A stretch of 64,000 nt of DNA from Akkermansiaceae bacterium (GTDB taxonomy: Bacteria; Verrucomicrobiota; Verrucomicrobiia; Verrucomicrobiales; Akkermansiaceae): NCBI GenBank assembly GCA_019634595.1, contig JAHCBC010000006.1, positions 146,980-210,979 of the forward strand. The letters run 5' to 3'. Shown here in pieces: positions 50,021-60,200 of the stretch. The notes beneath the pieces are model-generated. The model did no database searches. It saw only the letters and a list, made by a program, of their open reading frames with translations, and was not told the DNA's origin. Position 1 is the stretch's first letter; each line of letters opens with the position of its first letter. A program made the position numbers and the translations under genes.

Positions 50021-50556
50021 TCCTCCTCCGGGAGTCTCTCCAGGCCCTCGCGCAGCACCGAAAGGACGCCTGCGTCGAGGGCTTCATTATGCCCCAGCAG
50101 TCCGGCGACGACTTTCTCCGCCCATTCGAAATACTCCCTTTGCCGTTGCAGCGGCCAGTCCGCGGGCGGGTCCTCCACCAGCGTGCGCAGGTTGCAGGTT
50201 TTGTCCGCCAGCTTGATCTGCTTCGCGCCGGGGCTTTTGTGTGGTGCGTTCACGATCTGCAGCCGCTTCCTTTCCAGTTTCGGCAGGCTCTTGTCATCCG
50301 TGCACTCCATCACCAGAGAGGCCACGTTTTCCCCGAATAATCCGGCGATCTCTTCCCGCGTGGTGTCCGTGTCCTCCACCGTGTCATGAAGCAGCGCGGC
50401 GATAAGGATGTCCTCATCCGTCACCCCGCCGACCGAGGAAAGGTGCTCCGCCACCTCGATCGGGTGGTTGATGTAGGGAGCGGCCGCCGCGTTCTTCCGC
50501 CGCTGGCCGATGTGTTTCGTGGCGGCGAATGATGCCGCCTGGAGGATCCTGTTCAT
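50011..50556 (-). CDS. Stand-alone HD-domain (p)ppGpp-hydrolase-like protein (Mesh1/SAH type)
   Basis: HIGQRRK, PYINHP, AALLHDTVEDT, VMECTDDK, IKLADKTCNL. Confidence 0.88.
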   Translation of the reverse strand: MNRILQAASFAATKHIGQRRKNAAAAPYINHPIEVAEHLSSVGGVTDEDILIAALLHDTVEDTDTTREEIAGLFGENVASLVMECTDDKSLPKLERKRLQIVNAPHKSPGAKQIKLADKTCNLRTLVEDPPADWPLQRQREYFEWAEKVVAGLLGHNEALDAGVLSVLREGLERLPEEDQR

Positions 50557-50606
50557 ATCCTGAAGCTCTATCAGGGTTGGTGGGGATGTCATGCTTTTCG
50601 CTGTTC

Positions 50607-50751
50607 GTAGCGGCATGGCTGCGCCATGACGGCTGGGTGGACGGATGCGTCGCTGCGATTCCGGTTGGTGATGGATGGCACCTTTTTCAGTGCGGAGCCG
50701 TGGGAAAGAGAACGGATTTTCCCCGCCGTCATGGCGCAGCCATGTCGCTAC
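50607..50751. repeat. REPIN family A, copy 2
   Basis: GTAGCGGCATGGCTGCGCCATGACGG (50607-50632) and inverted copy 50726-50751. Confidence 0.9.
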
Positions 50752-50803
50752 TTCCCGCAGATCGGTCTGGCATCCGGTCCACGGCAGCACCAACATCCCG
50801 GGC

Positions 50804-52423
50804 ATGCTCCGGAATCTCCTGTTCACCCTGCTCGCTGTCTCGGGCACCCTGGGAACCGCCCATGCTGACAAGGCGCTCGCGGAAGCGGCGCTCGCCTTCA
50901 AGGACAAGGTTCCCGCAGGCTGCATCGTCACCGGGGAGCTGCGCGACGGCCAGGTCACGTATTCCGTAGTCGGAAAAGCGGAGCCGGATGGTGTTCCCCC
51001 GGAGCGCCGTGCCTTCGAGATCGGCTCGATAACGAAGGTCATTACCGGCGTCCTGCTCGCGCAGACCGTCATCGAGAAAAAGGCGCGGCTGGATTCCACC
51101 CTGGCGGAACTGCTTGGGCCGGACTTCAAATTCGCGGACCCGAAGGTCGGCAAGATCACCTTGCTCCACCTCTCCACCCACACCAGCGGCCTGCCCCGTC
51201 TCCCGGGGAACATGGGGCCGGACCCGGATGCGAATCCGGATCCCTATTCGCTCTACGATCTGGCAAAACTGAAGGAGTTCCTCGGCAGAGTCATGCTGAA
51301 GGGCGAGCCGCCGCATGAGGCATCCTATTCCAACCTAGGGGTCGGCCTGCTCGGGGAGATGCTCGCCCTCGTCCATGGATCTTCATGGAACGCGCTGGTG
51401 AAGGAAAAGGTCACCGGCCCGCTGGGCATGAAGGACACCATGATGGTTCCGGGTGAAGACCTGCGGAAACGGCTCGCTCCGCCGTATCATGACAACGTGC
51501 CGGGGCATGAGTGGACTTTCCAGGCGATGGCGGGTGCGGGTGCGCTCCGTTCCACCGCGGCGGATCTCATGATCTTCGGCCAGGCGATGATCGAGCCGGA
51601 GAAGACCCCCATCGCGGATGCCATCCGTGACATGATGCAGGTCCATGCACCCTATCCATCCGCGGGGGGGGAGATCGGCCTCGGCATCATGATCGGGAAG
51701 CTGGACGGGGACCGTGACTACATGCACACCGGCGGCACCGGCGGCTACCGCACCGCCTTGCAGGTCGTCCCCGCGAAGAAATCCGTCCGCGTGATCCTCA
51801 TCAACAATGACAATCTGCCGGCGGAGGTCGTGCTGCGGGCGGTGAGGAGTGACAAGAAAGCGGAGGCGGCGGAAGAAGTGGCCCTCACGGAGGCACAACT
51901 CGACGCCTACACCGGGGTCTATGAAATGGGGCCGACCGCGCGCTTCACCATCCTGCGCCGTGGAAAGGCGCTCTATTCCCGCCTCACCGGGCAGCCCTTC
52001 TTTCCCGTGAAGTACATCGGCAACGACCGCTTCCGGTATGATGTGGTGGCGGCGGATCTCCAATTCGTGAAAGAAGGTGACGCCGTGAAATCCCTCACGC
52101 TTTTCCAGAATGGCCGTGAGATGCCTGCCAAGCGGAATGGTGATCCGTTGCCCGTTATCCTTTTCCCAAGTGCCGCGGAGCTGGCTGCCTACACCGGCGA
52201 GTATGAACTGGTCCCGGGAAAGGTCCTCACCATCACGGTAAAAGCGGACACGATGTTCGCCCAACTCACCGGCCAACCCGCCCTTCCCGCCTTCCAGACG
52301 AAGGCGGATTACTTCGAGCTGGATGTGGTGAAGGCCGCACTGGAGTTCCAGAAGGATCCAGCAGGAAAGGTCACCGGGCTGACACTTCACCAGAGCGGAA
52401 AGCACCAGGCCCGGAAACGCTGA
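50804..52423 (+). CDS. Serine hydrolase (beta-lactamase-related) with two C-terminal DUF3471-like domains
   Basis: FEIGSITK (SxxK), YSN, HTGGTGG; two LxAYTGxYEL repeats; signal peptide. Confidence 0.88.
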   Translation: MLRNLLFTLLAVSGTLGTAHADKALAEAALAFKDKVPAGCIVTGELRDGQVTYSVVGKAEPDGVPPERRAFEIGSITKVITGVLLAQTVIEKKARLDSTLAELLGPDFKFADPKVGKITLLHLSTHTSGLPRLPGNMGPDPDANPDPYSLYDLAKLKEFLGRVMLKGEPPHEASYSNLGVGLLGEMLALVHGSSWNALVKEKVTGPLGMKDTMMVPGEDLRKRLAPPYHDNVPGHEWTFQAMAGAGALRSTAADLMIFGQAMIEPEKTPIADAIRDMMQVHAPYPSAGGEIGLGIMIGKLDGDRDYMHTGGTGGYRTALQVVPAKKSVRVILINNDNLPAEVVLRAVRSDKKAEAAEEVALTEAQLDAYTGVYEMGPTARFTILRRGKALYSRLTGQPFFPVKYIGNDRFRYDVVAADLQFVKEGDAVKSLTLFQNGREMPAKRNGDPLPVILFPSAAELAAYTGEYELVPGKVLTITVKADTMFAQLTGQPALPAFQTKADYFELDVVKAALEFQKDPAGKVTGLTLHQSGKHQARKR

Positions 52424-52606
52424 TGGAGTGTCAATCCGCGTCCCGGTCCTTGTCCTGATCCGTCCCCGGCGGCGGGACGGACACATCTTTTTCCGGCGGG
52501 AAGCCGTCTCCCACCACCTCTCCGGGGATTTTCGGGGTTCCATCCGGGTCGGCCTGCTTCGGTTTCAATGGATCGTTGTTCATGGCATGGGTTGGAAAGT
52601 CGCTTT

Positions 52607-53089
52607 TCAGCGGAGGGGGAATGCGGCCGTCACAAAGTCGGCGATGCCCCGGTTGGTCACTTCTCCGGTTTCATTGAGCGGACCATCCGTCACATGGAAC
52701 ACGGAGCTGCAGGTTCCGTGCGGCACGCCGATGAGGGAGGAAATCTGCATCGAGTCCGGCTTCGCCACCACCCTCAGGGTCAGCGGGCCTTTCGGCTGCT
52801 GCACCGAGATGGCGGTCGCGTATTCCGTCGAGCGGAGATTCGTCCGGCGGGTGGTATGTTCGGTTTCCTGGACGGGATGAACCACGCTTTCATGGCCCGC
52901 CTCCGCCAGCAGGCCGGATAGTCTCCTTAGCAATGGTTCCGCCACCTCCTCGAGGACACGGCGGCATTTCGTCTGGTTCTGCCTGTAGAGTTCAGCCTCC
53001 TTCTCCGCGCGTTCGCGCTCTTCCGAAGCGATGCGGTCCAGCCGCTCGCGGTAGGATCTGAGATGGGAGCTGATCTGCTCAGGAGTCAT
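52607..53089 (-). CDS. Hypothetical protein, 160 aa
   Basis: Start MTPEQISS; N-terminal coiled coil; overlaps the upstream small gene. Confidence 0.65.
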   Translation of the reverse strand: MTPEQISSHLRSYRERLDRIASEERERAEKEAELYRQNQTKCRRVLEEVAEPLLRRLSGLLAEAGHESVVHPVQETEHTTRRTNLRSTEYATAISVQQPKGPLTLRVVAKPDSMQISSLIGVPHGTCSSVFHVTDGPLNETGEVTNRGIADFVTAAFPLR

Positions 53090-53345
53090 CGGCTTTCTCT
53101 CCGTGGATGGCGGAAATCTCGGGGGCGAATTCGTCGTCATCCTCATCGGAAACCGGCAATGAGGGATCTTCCCCATAGACTTCCGCAGCCGCTTCCCGCC
53201 GCTCGTCTTCGGAGACTTCCATCCCCTCCAGGATCAGGTCGCGGTTGGGATTTTCATCGAGGTATTCCGGGGTGTTCCGTGGGGATTCCCCGCCTGCGAG
53301 TTCTACTGGGTCCAATGGCATGTTCGGAATGGGTTGGTTATTCAT
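53079..53345 (-). CDS. Small acidic hypothetical protein, 88 aa
   Basis: D/E-rich ORF overlapping the next gene by 11 bp. Confidence 0.55.
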   Translation of the reverse strand: MNNQPIPNMPLDPVELAGGESPRNTPEYLDENPNRDLILEGMEVSEDERREAAAEVYGEDPSLPVSDEDDDEFAPEISAIHGEKADDS

Positions 53346-53550
53346 CCGAAGTAGCTCAAAGCATTCCCAACGAACCTGCGGGGATTCTGGCAGGGCTTAA
53401 CTGAAATTTGAGTCAATCGTGCAATCAAACCATGCACTTTGCCCGGATCGGGAGGAGGGTCGGAGCATTCCGTTTGCTGGCAATCCTTGTGGCATCGGGA
53501 CTTCCGGCGTTCGTGCGGACCGGCGCGGGATCTGCGGATGGGTTGGCACC

Positions 53551-53979
53551 ATGAAAGCAGCCCATCACGATGATATCGACCTCCAGGAAATGCCTGAGCA
53601 GGTGCTGGAGAAGGTCAAAGCCGCCGCGAGCGAGCAGTGTTCGACCGCCTGCCACCGGGCGAAGGAAATGGTGACCCGTAACCCTGTCCCAACCGTGTTG
53701 GGAGCGTTGGTCTTCGGTGCCGCGGTCGGTTATCTCGTCTATTCCAGACGGGAACATATCAGCCTGCCGGACCGTTTCGTCCGTGAGACGGAGGCATTCG
53801 GCCGCAGGCTTAGCCATGCGCCGGAGCGCATCTCGTCCTTGTTCCACGATGGGGTGGAAATGGCCTCCACCGGTGCCGGAAAGGCCTCCGGCTACCTCCA
53901 TGATCTCCCCACCCGGGATGTCCTGGATTCCATTTCCGGTTCCCTCAATCGCATCTGCAACCGACTCAAATTCTGGTAA
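53551..53979 (+). CDS. ElaB/YqjD (DUF883)-like membrane-anchored protein
   Basis: AKEMVTRNPVPTVLGALVFGAAVGYLV motif. Confidence 0.6.
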   Translation: MKAAHHDDIDLQEMPEQVLEKVKAAASEQCSTACHRAKEMVTRNPVPTVLGALVFGAAVGYLVYSRREHISLPDRFVRETEAFGRRLSHAPERISSLFHDGVEMASTGAGKASGYLHDLPTRDVLDSISGSLNRICNRLKFW

Positions 53980-53982
53980 GTT

Positions 53983-54318
53983 ATGACAACCGACCCTGAT
54001 TCCGTGCCATCCGTGGATGATGGCATCCGCTCCGTCCTCCACTCCGGCAAGGAGAAGACACTTGAATGTCTGGAGAAGTGGGAAGACTGCGTGCGCAAGC
54101 ATCCTCTGGAGTCCGTGCTGGGAGCCGTTGCGGCGGGTTGCCTGCTCCACCGCTTGCCCGTGCGCTCGCTCCTCGTGGCGAATGTGAAGCTGGTTTCCGC
54201 GCTCGCTCCTCCAGCCCTCCTCGCCTACGGAGCCGCGAAACTCTGCGAAGTTCTCCAGAAAAAGTCGGCCCGGCCTTTGGTGGTGATCCCTCCGGATGCC
54301 AATCCGCGGGAGTACTGA
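53983..54318 (+). CDS. ElaB/YqjD-like small membrane protein
   Basis: WEDCVRKHPLESVLGAVAAGCLL motif. Confidence 0.6.
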   Translation: MTTDPDSVPSVDDGIRSVLHSGKEKTLECLEKWEDCVRKHPLESVLGAVAAGCLLHRLPVRSLLVANVKLVSALAPPALLAYGAAKLCEVLQKKSARPLVVIPPDANPREY

Positions 54319-54450
54319 TTCTGGAACCGGGCCACCATCGGAGGTGGAAATTGGCGGAAATCGTGATAGATTCCGCTCGCGGTATTTTCCCTGCACGCCT
54401 TTCAAAAGCTGAAAGAATCAGGGTTTTCGCCGCGTCTTCATCCACATCCC

Positions 54451-57240
54451 ATGGTTTTCCGCCTGTCGATCCTCCTCCTCGCTTCCTTCGTCGTCAAATT
54501 GAACGCCGGAGACCACTGGGCGTATCTGCCTCCGGTGGACAGCAAGCCGCCCGGTGACGCCGCCCAACATCCGGTGGACGCATTTCTTGCCGAAGCCCGT
54601 GCGAAAGCCGGCGTGAAGCCCGCGAAATTGGCCTCCCCGCGCCGCTGGATCGAGCGTGCCGCCTACACCCTCACCGGCCTGCCGCCATCCAGGCAACAGA
54701 TCGAGCGGATCGAGAAAAATTCGGATGAGGCCACCTGGAAGGCGTTGATCGACGAGCTGTTGGCCAGCCCCGCCTATGGCGAGCGCTGGGCTCGCCATTG
54801 GATGGATGTGGCCCGCTATGCGGACACCCAGGGTTACAATTTCGACAAGGACAACCGCTATCCCTTCGCCTACACCTACCGGGATTGGCTGATCAAATCC
54901 TTCAACGCGGACATGCCCTACGCGCAGTTCGTGAAGCTCCAGATCGCGGCGGACCTGATGACCGACAAGCCGGACCACCCGGATCTCGCGGCGCTGGGTT
55001 TCCTCACCGTCGGCCCCCGGGCCGGGCAGATCGAGATGATCGACGACCGGGTGGATGTCATCACCCGTGGCTTCCTCTCCAGCACCGTGTCCTGTGCGCG
55101 TTGCCATGACCACAAGACGGACCCGATCTCCACCAAGGATTTCTACTCCATCTACTCCATCCTGGAGAATGCGGTGGAACCCGGCGACAAGCCGGTGATC
55201 GGCAAGCCCGCCGACGAGGTGGCCTATCAGGAATACTCCGCCAAGCTCTCGGAGATGCAGGAGAAGGACCGCGTGGCACGGCAGGAGATCCTCGACCAGC
55301 TCCACAAGCCGGAGTCGTTCGCCGTTTATCTGGAACTCGCATGGCTCGCCAACCAGGAGAAATGGGACACCGGAAAGACCTCCGCGGAGTCATTCAAACG
55401 CGGACGTTACCGCCTGAACGGCGTCAACCGCTGGAAGTCGTTTTTCGAGAAGGTCGCTTGGAATGACAAGCCCGCCGCACGCCTCGGCCAGTGGCACCAG
55501 GAAATGCTGAAGGCGGATGACGCCGGCCGGAAGGCTCTCTCCCTCGCGCTGGCCACCGAGTGGACCCAGGCCACGGAAGGGGACCTCGCGAAATTCAAGA
55601 CGGACGGACGCTGCCCGCTTTCCCTGAATCTGGAACAGGTCAACGGCATCATGGACCAGAAAGACGGCGACGACCGCCGCCAGCGGGACTCCTTGATGAC
55701 CAAGCTCAATATCGAGCATCCCGGCGCGGCTCCGCGGGCGATGAGCCTGAGCGACAAGCCGAAGTGGGGTCCTGCCCAGGTCTATATCCGTGGCAACCCG
55801 GGCAGCCGCAGCGATCCATACCCACGCGAGTGGCTGAGCTTCCTCGGCGGCGGACAGTTCCCGGAAGGAAAGAGCCCGCGTCTTTCTCTGGCCGAGAAGA
55901 TCGCGGACACGGCGAACCCGATGACCGCACGGGTGATCGTCAACCGCATGTGGGGCTGGCATTTCGGTGTGGCCCTCACCGACCCCGCGGACTTCGGCCC
56001 GCAGCAACCGGTGCCGGTGCTGCGACCGCTGCTGGACTGGCTGGCCCTGCGCTTCAACGAGAAGGGTGGCTCCATCAAGGAGATGCACCGCCTGCTCCTC
56101 ACCTCGAACGCCTTCCGGCTCGAAGCCGAGGGTCCGGAGGAAAACAAGGCCATCGATGAGGCGAACACGCTGTTCTGGAAATGGAACCGCCCCCGCACCG
56201 ACTTTGAGTCCATGCGCGACCGTCTGCTCGCCAGTTCAGGTGCGCTGGACACCACCACCACCGGTGGCCGCTCCATCCCGCTGGACAGCGACAAGGCGGA
56301 CAGCCGCCGCAGCGTCTATGCCTTCGTGGACCGTTACGCGCTGCCGGGCACCTTCGTTTCCTTCGACCTGCCGCACCCGGACCACCACGCGCCGCAGCGT
56401 GCGGAGACCACCGTCCCGCAGCAGGCGCTCTATTTCCTCAACGGCCCGCTCGTCACCCGCCAGGCGGAGAAGATGGTGAAGAACCAGGATTTCGAAAAAC
56501 TCACCGACAAGGCGGCGAAGGTCCGCTGGATCTACAACCGCATCTTCGACCGTGATCCTTCCAATGCGGAGGTGAACGACGCCATCGACTGGGTGAACAG
56601 CACCGACCCGAAGGACTACCTGCCACGCATCGGCGGCATCTGGGAGATCCGCCACACGCCGGACACCGGATTCCCGCTCGGCGAGCTGCTGCCATTCCCG
56701 CTCTACGACAAGAAGATGTGGAAGACCGGCTCCGATCTGGCGAAGGCTCCCATCCGCTACCTGAGCGCCGGGCCGGACAACGGCCATCCGTCGAAGGGAC
56801 ATGTCCTCGTCGTCCGCTGGCGTGCGACCGGCAGCGGCCAGGTGAAAATGATCGGCAAGCTCAGCCGCGGCTCCAAGGCGGGCGACGGTGCTCCGCTCGT
56901 CTATAACATCATCGGCAAGAACACCGAGATGCTGGGTGAAGGCAAGCTGATGCCAGCCACCAAGGACCAGCCCATCGACAGCAAGTGGATCGACGTCACC
57001 GCGGGTGACACCGTGGACTTCGCCTACCGCGCTCCGGAAGGAGAACATTTCGGCGGCACCGGTTGGGACATCCGCATCGTCGGCCGGGAGAAGCCGGACG
57101 CCGTGGCCACGGAGGTCTCCAACCTCAAGAAGCAATTCCCCACCTCCACTTCACCGCCCCCGGTGATCGTTCCCGACAGCCCATGGGCTGACCTGGTCCA
57201 GATGCTCTGGTCCTCCAACGAATTCCACTTCATCGACTGA
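54451..57240 (+). CDS. DUF1549/DUF1553 (PSD1-type) protein
   Basis: HPVDAFL, SPAYGERWARHWMDVARYADT, CARCHDHK, ANPMTARVIVNRMW, TVPQQALYFLN. Confidence 0.93.
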   Translation: MVFRLSILLLASFVVKLNAGDHWAYLPPVDSKPPGDAAQHPVDAFLAEARAKAGVKPAKLASPRRWIERAAYTLTGLPPSRQQIERIEKNSDEATWKALIDELLASPAYGERWARHWMDVARYADTQGYNFDKDNRYPFAYTYRDWLIKSFNADMPYAQFVKLQIAADLMTDKPDHPDLAALGFLTVGPRAGQIEMIDDRVDVITRGFLSSTVSCARCHDHKTDPISTKDFYSIYSILENAVEPGDKPVIGKPADEVAYQEYSAKLSEMQEKDRVARQEILDQLHKPESFAVYLELAWLANQEKWDTGKTSAESFKRGRYRLNGVNRWKSFFEKVAWNDKPAARLGQWHQEMLKADDAGRKALSLALATEWTQATEGDLAKFKTDGRCPLSLNLEQVNGIMDQKDGDDRRQRDSLMTKLNIEHPGAAPRAMSLSDKPKWGPAQVYIRGNPGSRSDPYPREWLSFLGGGQFPEGKSPRLSLAEKIADTANPMTARVIVNRMWGWHFGVALTDPADFGPQQPVPVLRPLLDWLALRFNEKGGSIKEMHRLLLTSNAFRLEAEGPEENKAIDEANTLFWKWNRPRTDFESMRDRLLASSGALDTTTTGGRSIPLDSDKADSRRSVYAFVDRYALPGTFVSFDLPHPDHHAPQRAETTVPQQALYFLNGPLVTRQAEKMVKNQDFEKLTDKAAKVRWIYNRIFDRDPSNAEVNDAIDWVNSTDPKDYLPRIGGIWEIRHTPDTGFPLGELLPFPLYDKKMWKTGSDLAKAPIRYLSAGPDNGHPSKGHVLVVRWRATGSGQVKMIGKLSRGSKAGDGAPLVYNIIGKNTEMLGEGKLMPATKDQPIDSKWIDVTAGDTVDFAYRAPEGEHFGGTGWDIRIVGREKPDAVATEVSNLKKQFPTSTSPPPVIVPDSPWADLVQMLWSSNEFHFID

Positions 57241-58679
57241 TGCACCACAAGCTCACCGCCAACGACCTGATCCTCGACCGCCGCGACTTCCTCAAGCGCT
57301 GCGGCATGGGCTTCGGCAGCCTCGCGCTCGGCAGCATGTTCGGGGGCGGCGTCGCCTCCGCCGCCGGTGCGCCCTCCGCTCCGAAATATCCGATGCTCAC
57401 ACCCCACCACGCGCCCAAGGCGAAGCGGGTGGTGCACCTTTTCATGAATGGTGGTCCGTCCCAGGTGGACACCTTCGACCCGAAGCCGGAGCTGGACAAA
57501 TACCACGGCAAGCCGCTGCCGCTGGAAGGCATGAAGACCGAGCGCCCCACCGGTGCCGCGCTGCGTTCCCCGTTCTCTTTCTCGAAATACGGCCAATCCG
57601 GCCTGGAGGTGAGCGAGCTGTTCAAGCACACCGCCCAGCATGCGGATGATCTCTGCGTCATCCGCTCGATGAAGGCGGACGTGCCGAACCACGAACCGTC
57701 CCTCATGCTGATGAACTGCGGTGAGGCCCGGCTTTCCCGTCCTTCCTTCGGCTCATGGGTCACCTACGGTCTCGGCAGTGAGAACGAGAACCTCCCTTCC
57801 TACATCTCCATGTGCCCCGGCGGCATGCCGATCAAGCGCGCGGAGAACTGGCGTTCTTCCTTCCTCCCCGGCAGCTACCAGGGCACCTACCTCGACACCT
57901 CGATCCAGGAGATCGACAAGATGATCGAGAACCTCAGCAACGCCAGCGTGCGCGACGAGCGGCAGGCGAAGCAGCTCGAGTTTCTCCGCAAGGTGAACGA
58001 GCGCCACATGGCCGCCCGCGAGCATGACCCGAAGATGGAGGCCCGCATCCGCAGCTTCGAGCTGGCCTACCGCATGCAGACAGAGGCGACCGACGCCTTC
58101 GACATTTCCAAGGAACCCGCCTACATCCACGAGATGTATGGCAAGGGCAACTACGCCCGCCAGTGCATCATGGCCCGCCGTCTCCTGGAGCGCGGTGTGC
58201 GCTTCATCCAGCTCTGGCACGGCAACGGCCAGCCATGGGACAGCCATGACAACATCGAGGACCACCGCAGCCTCGCCGAACAGTGCGACCAGGCCATTGG
58301 TGCCTTCCTGACGGATCTCAAGATGCGCGGCCTGCTCGACGAGACCCTCGTCGTCTGGGGCGGCGAATTCGGCCGGACCCCCGTCGTCGAACTGCCGAAG
58401 GCGGGATCAAATGCCGGCGTGATGAAAGGCCGCGACCACAACCACTTCGGCTTCTCCATGTGGCTTGCCGGCGGCGGCGTCAAAGGTGGCTACGTCCATG
58501 GTGCCACCGACCAGTTCGGCTTCGGTGCCGTTGAGAAACCGGTCCACGTCCACGACCTGCACGCCACGCTGCTCCATCAGCTCGGCTTCGACCACGAACG
58601 CCTCACCTACCACTACTCCGGCCGCGACTTCCGCCTCACGGACGTCCACGGCCACGTGGTGCAGGACATCCTCGCCTGA
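57240..58679 (+). CDS. DUF1501 protein with Tat-type signal
   Basis: RRDFLKR; AKRVVHLFMNGGPSQVDTFDPKP; WGGEFGRTP; GRDHN; HVHDLHAT. Confidence 0.95.
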   Translation: MHHKLTANDLILDRRDFLKRCGMGFGSLALGSMFGGGVASAAGAPSAPKYPMLTPHHAPKAKRVVHLFMNGGPSQVDTFDPKPELDKYHGKPLPLEGMKTERPTGAALRSPFSFSKYGQSGLEVSELFKHTAQHADDLCVIRSMKADVPNHEPSLMLMNCGEARLSRPSFGSWVTYGLGSENENLPSYISMCPGGMPIKRAENWRSSFLPGSYQGTYLDTSIQEIDKMIENLSNASVRDERQAKQLEFLRKVNERHMAAREHDPKMEARIRSFELAYRMQTEATDAFDISKEPAYIHEMYGKGNYARQCIMARRLLERGVRFIQLWHGNGQPWDSHDNIEDHRSLAEQCDQAIGAFLTDLKMRGLLDETLVVWGGEFGRTPVVELPKAGSNAGVMKGRDHNHFGFSMWLAGGGVKGGYVHGATDQFGFGAVEKPVHVHDLHATLLHQLGFDHERLTYHYSGRDFRLTDVHGHVVQDILA

Positions 58680-58695
58680 TACGGGGAGCTGCGGG

Positions 58696-58837
58696 GTAGC
58701 GTCATGGCTGCGCCATGACGGTTGGGAAAGTCCGCACTTCCCCGTGTCTCCGCATGTGACCCGTGGCACGGGTGACGGATCAGCATCGGAAGGCTGCACA
58801 CATCCACCCAACCGTGATGGCGCAGCCATCCCGCTAC
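58696..58837. repeat. REPIN family A, copy 3 (opposite orientation)
   Basis: GTAGCGTCATGGCTGCGCCATGACGG (58696-58721) and inverted copy 58812-58837. Confidence 0.9.
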
Positions 58838-58859
58838 CGGAGCATGCCTTGTCCCGGCG

Positions 58860-60194
58860 TCACGAAGACGCCGCCTCGTACTCCTTCGGCGGGTGCATGA
58901 TGATCCGTGCTTCCGGAGTGTTCTTGAGGTAGGCGGTCGCCCATCCCAGCAGCACGGCCAGCTTGTTGCGGAAACCGATGAGGAACAGGATGTGGATGAA
59001 AAGCCACGCCAGCCAGGCGATGAAACCCTGCAGACGCAGAGCCTTGCCCGCTTTCACCACGGCATGGTTTTTCCCGATGATGGCCATCATCCCCTTGTCC
59101 CAGTAGCGGAACGTCGGGCGGAGGTCGTGCTTGCGGTCGGCGAAGCGGCCTTTCTCCAACCTCAGTTCTTCCTTGAGGACCTTGGCGATGTGACGGCCCA
59201 TCTGCGAGGCGGCGGGGGCCACGCCCGGCACCATCTTGCCTTCGTTATCCTTCATCGCCACCAGGTCTCCGGCGACGAAGATCTCGGGATGTCCGGGGAT
59301 CGAAAGGTCGGGGTTGGGTGTGATGCGGCCGCCGCGGTCGGTCTCGACCCCCAATTCCTTCGTCAGTGGGTTGGCGGCGACTCCGGCCGCCCAGATGATG
59401 GCCGCGGCCTCCAAGCTGGTCCCGTCCCCGAACTCGAGCACGCCCGGGCGGATGTCGGTGACTTTCGTCTCCGTGCGGACTTCGACCCCGATCGACTCCA
59501 GATGCCGGCGGGCGTAGTCACGCTGGTTGGCATCGTAGGGTTCCAGCAGATTCTTGAAGCCCTCGATCAGGATGATCCGGAGTTTCGAGGTGTCGATCCG
59601 GCGGAAATTCGACTTCAACGAGCGATGGACCAGGTCCGCGAAGGCTCCCGCGAGTTCCACCCCGGTCGGGCCGCCACCGACGATGGCGACGGTCATCAGC
59701 TTGGTCCGCTCACTCTCGCTGTTGGTCAGCTCCGCGCGTTCCAGGTTCGAGAGGACCTTGCGGCGGATCGCCTGGGCATCTGCCAGCGACTTGAGACCCA
59801 GGGTGTAGTCCGCCCAGTGGTCGTTGCCGAAGTAGCCGGTCCGCGCTCCGGCGGCCAGCAGCAGGTAGTCGTATGGGTAAAGGTGGCCTGACTTTCCGCT
59901 GGCCGCACGGGTAGTGGTGTCGATCCCGGTGATCTCGTCCATCAGGACGGTCACATTCTTGGCTTTCGCCAGCACCTGGCGGATTGAGCGGGCGATATCC
60001 GGCCCGGTCAGCGAGGCCGTCGCCACCTGGTAGAGCAGGGGCTGGAAAAGGTGGTGGTTCGTCCGGTCCACCAAGGTGACCTCAAACCGGTCGTCGTTGG
60101 AGAGGGTCAGCGCACATTCCAGTCCGGCGAATCCTCCGCCGATGATGAGAACCTTACGCTTTTGATTTCCTTCAGTGACACCGTGGGTGGGCAT
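58860..60194 (-). CDS. ndh: Type II NADH:quinone oxidoreductase
   Basis: IIGGGFAG, HHLFQPLLYQVAT, IVGGGPTGVELAG, IWAAGV, FVAGD, VAPAASQMG, YWDKGMMAIIG. Confidence 0.93.
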   Translation of the reverse strand: MPTHGVTEGNQKRKVLIIGGGFAGLECALTLSNDDRFEVTLVDRTNHHLFQPLLYQVATASLTGPDIARSIRQVLAKAKNVTVLMDEITGIDTTTRAASGKSGHLYPYDYLLLAAGARTGYFGNDHWADYTLGLKSLADAQAIRRKVLSNLERAELTNSESERTKLMTVAIVGGGPTGVELAGAFADLVHRSLKSNFRRIDTSKLRIILIEGFKNLLEPYDANQRDYARRHLESIGVEVRTETKVTDIRPGVLEFGDGTSLEAAAIIWAAGVAANPLTKELGVETDRGGRITPNPDLSIPGHPEIFVAGDLVAMKDNEGKMVPGVAPAASQMGRHIAKVLKEELRLEKGRFADRKHDLRPTFRYWDKGMMAIIGKNHAVVKAGKALRLQGFIAWLAWLFIHILFLIGFRNKLAVLLGWATAYLKNTPEARIIMHPPKEYEAASS

Positions 60195-60200
60195 GCCCGG

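Noticed and set aside
50011-51213. 400-aa version of the HD-domain ORF
   Set aside because: The upstream extension crosses REPIN A2 and the opposite-strand serine hydrolase; the likely start is 50556.
54451-58679. DUF1549/DUF1553 + DUF1501 pair as a novel system
   Set aside because: A well-known, highly expanded pair in Planctomycetes and Verrucomicrobia; nothing distinctive here.
2387-58837. Repeats with similar-length spacers as a possible CRISPR array
   Set aside because: Copies are dispersed inverted pairs with homologous cores, not tandem direct repeats with unique spacers; no cas genes.
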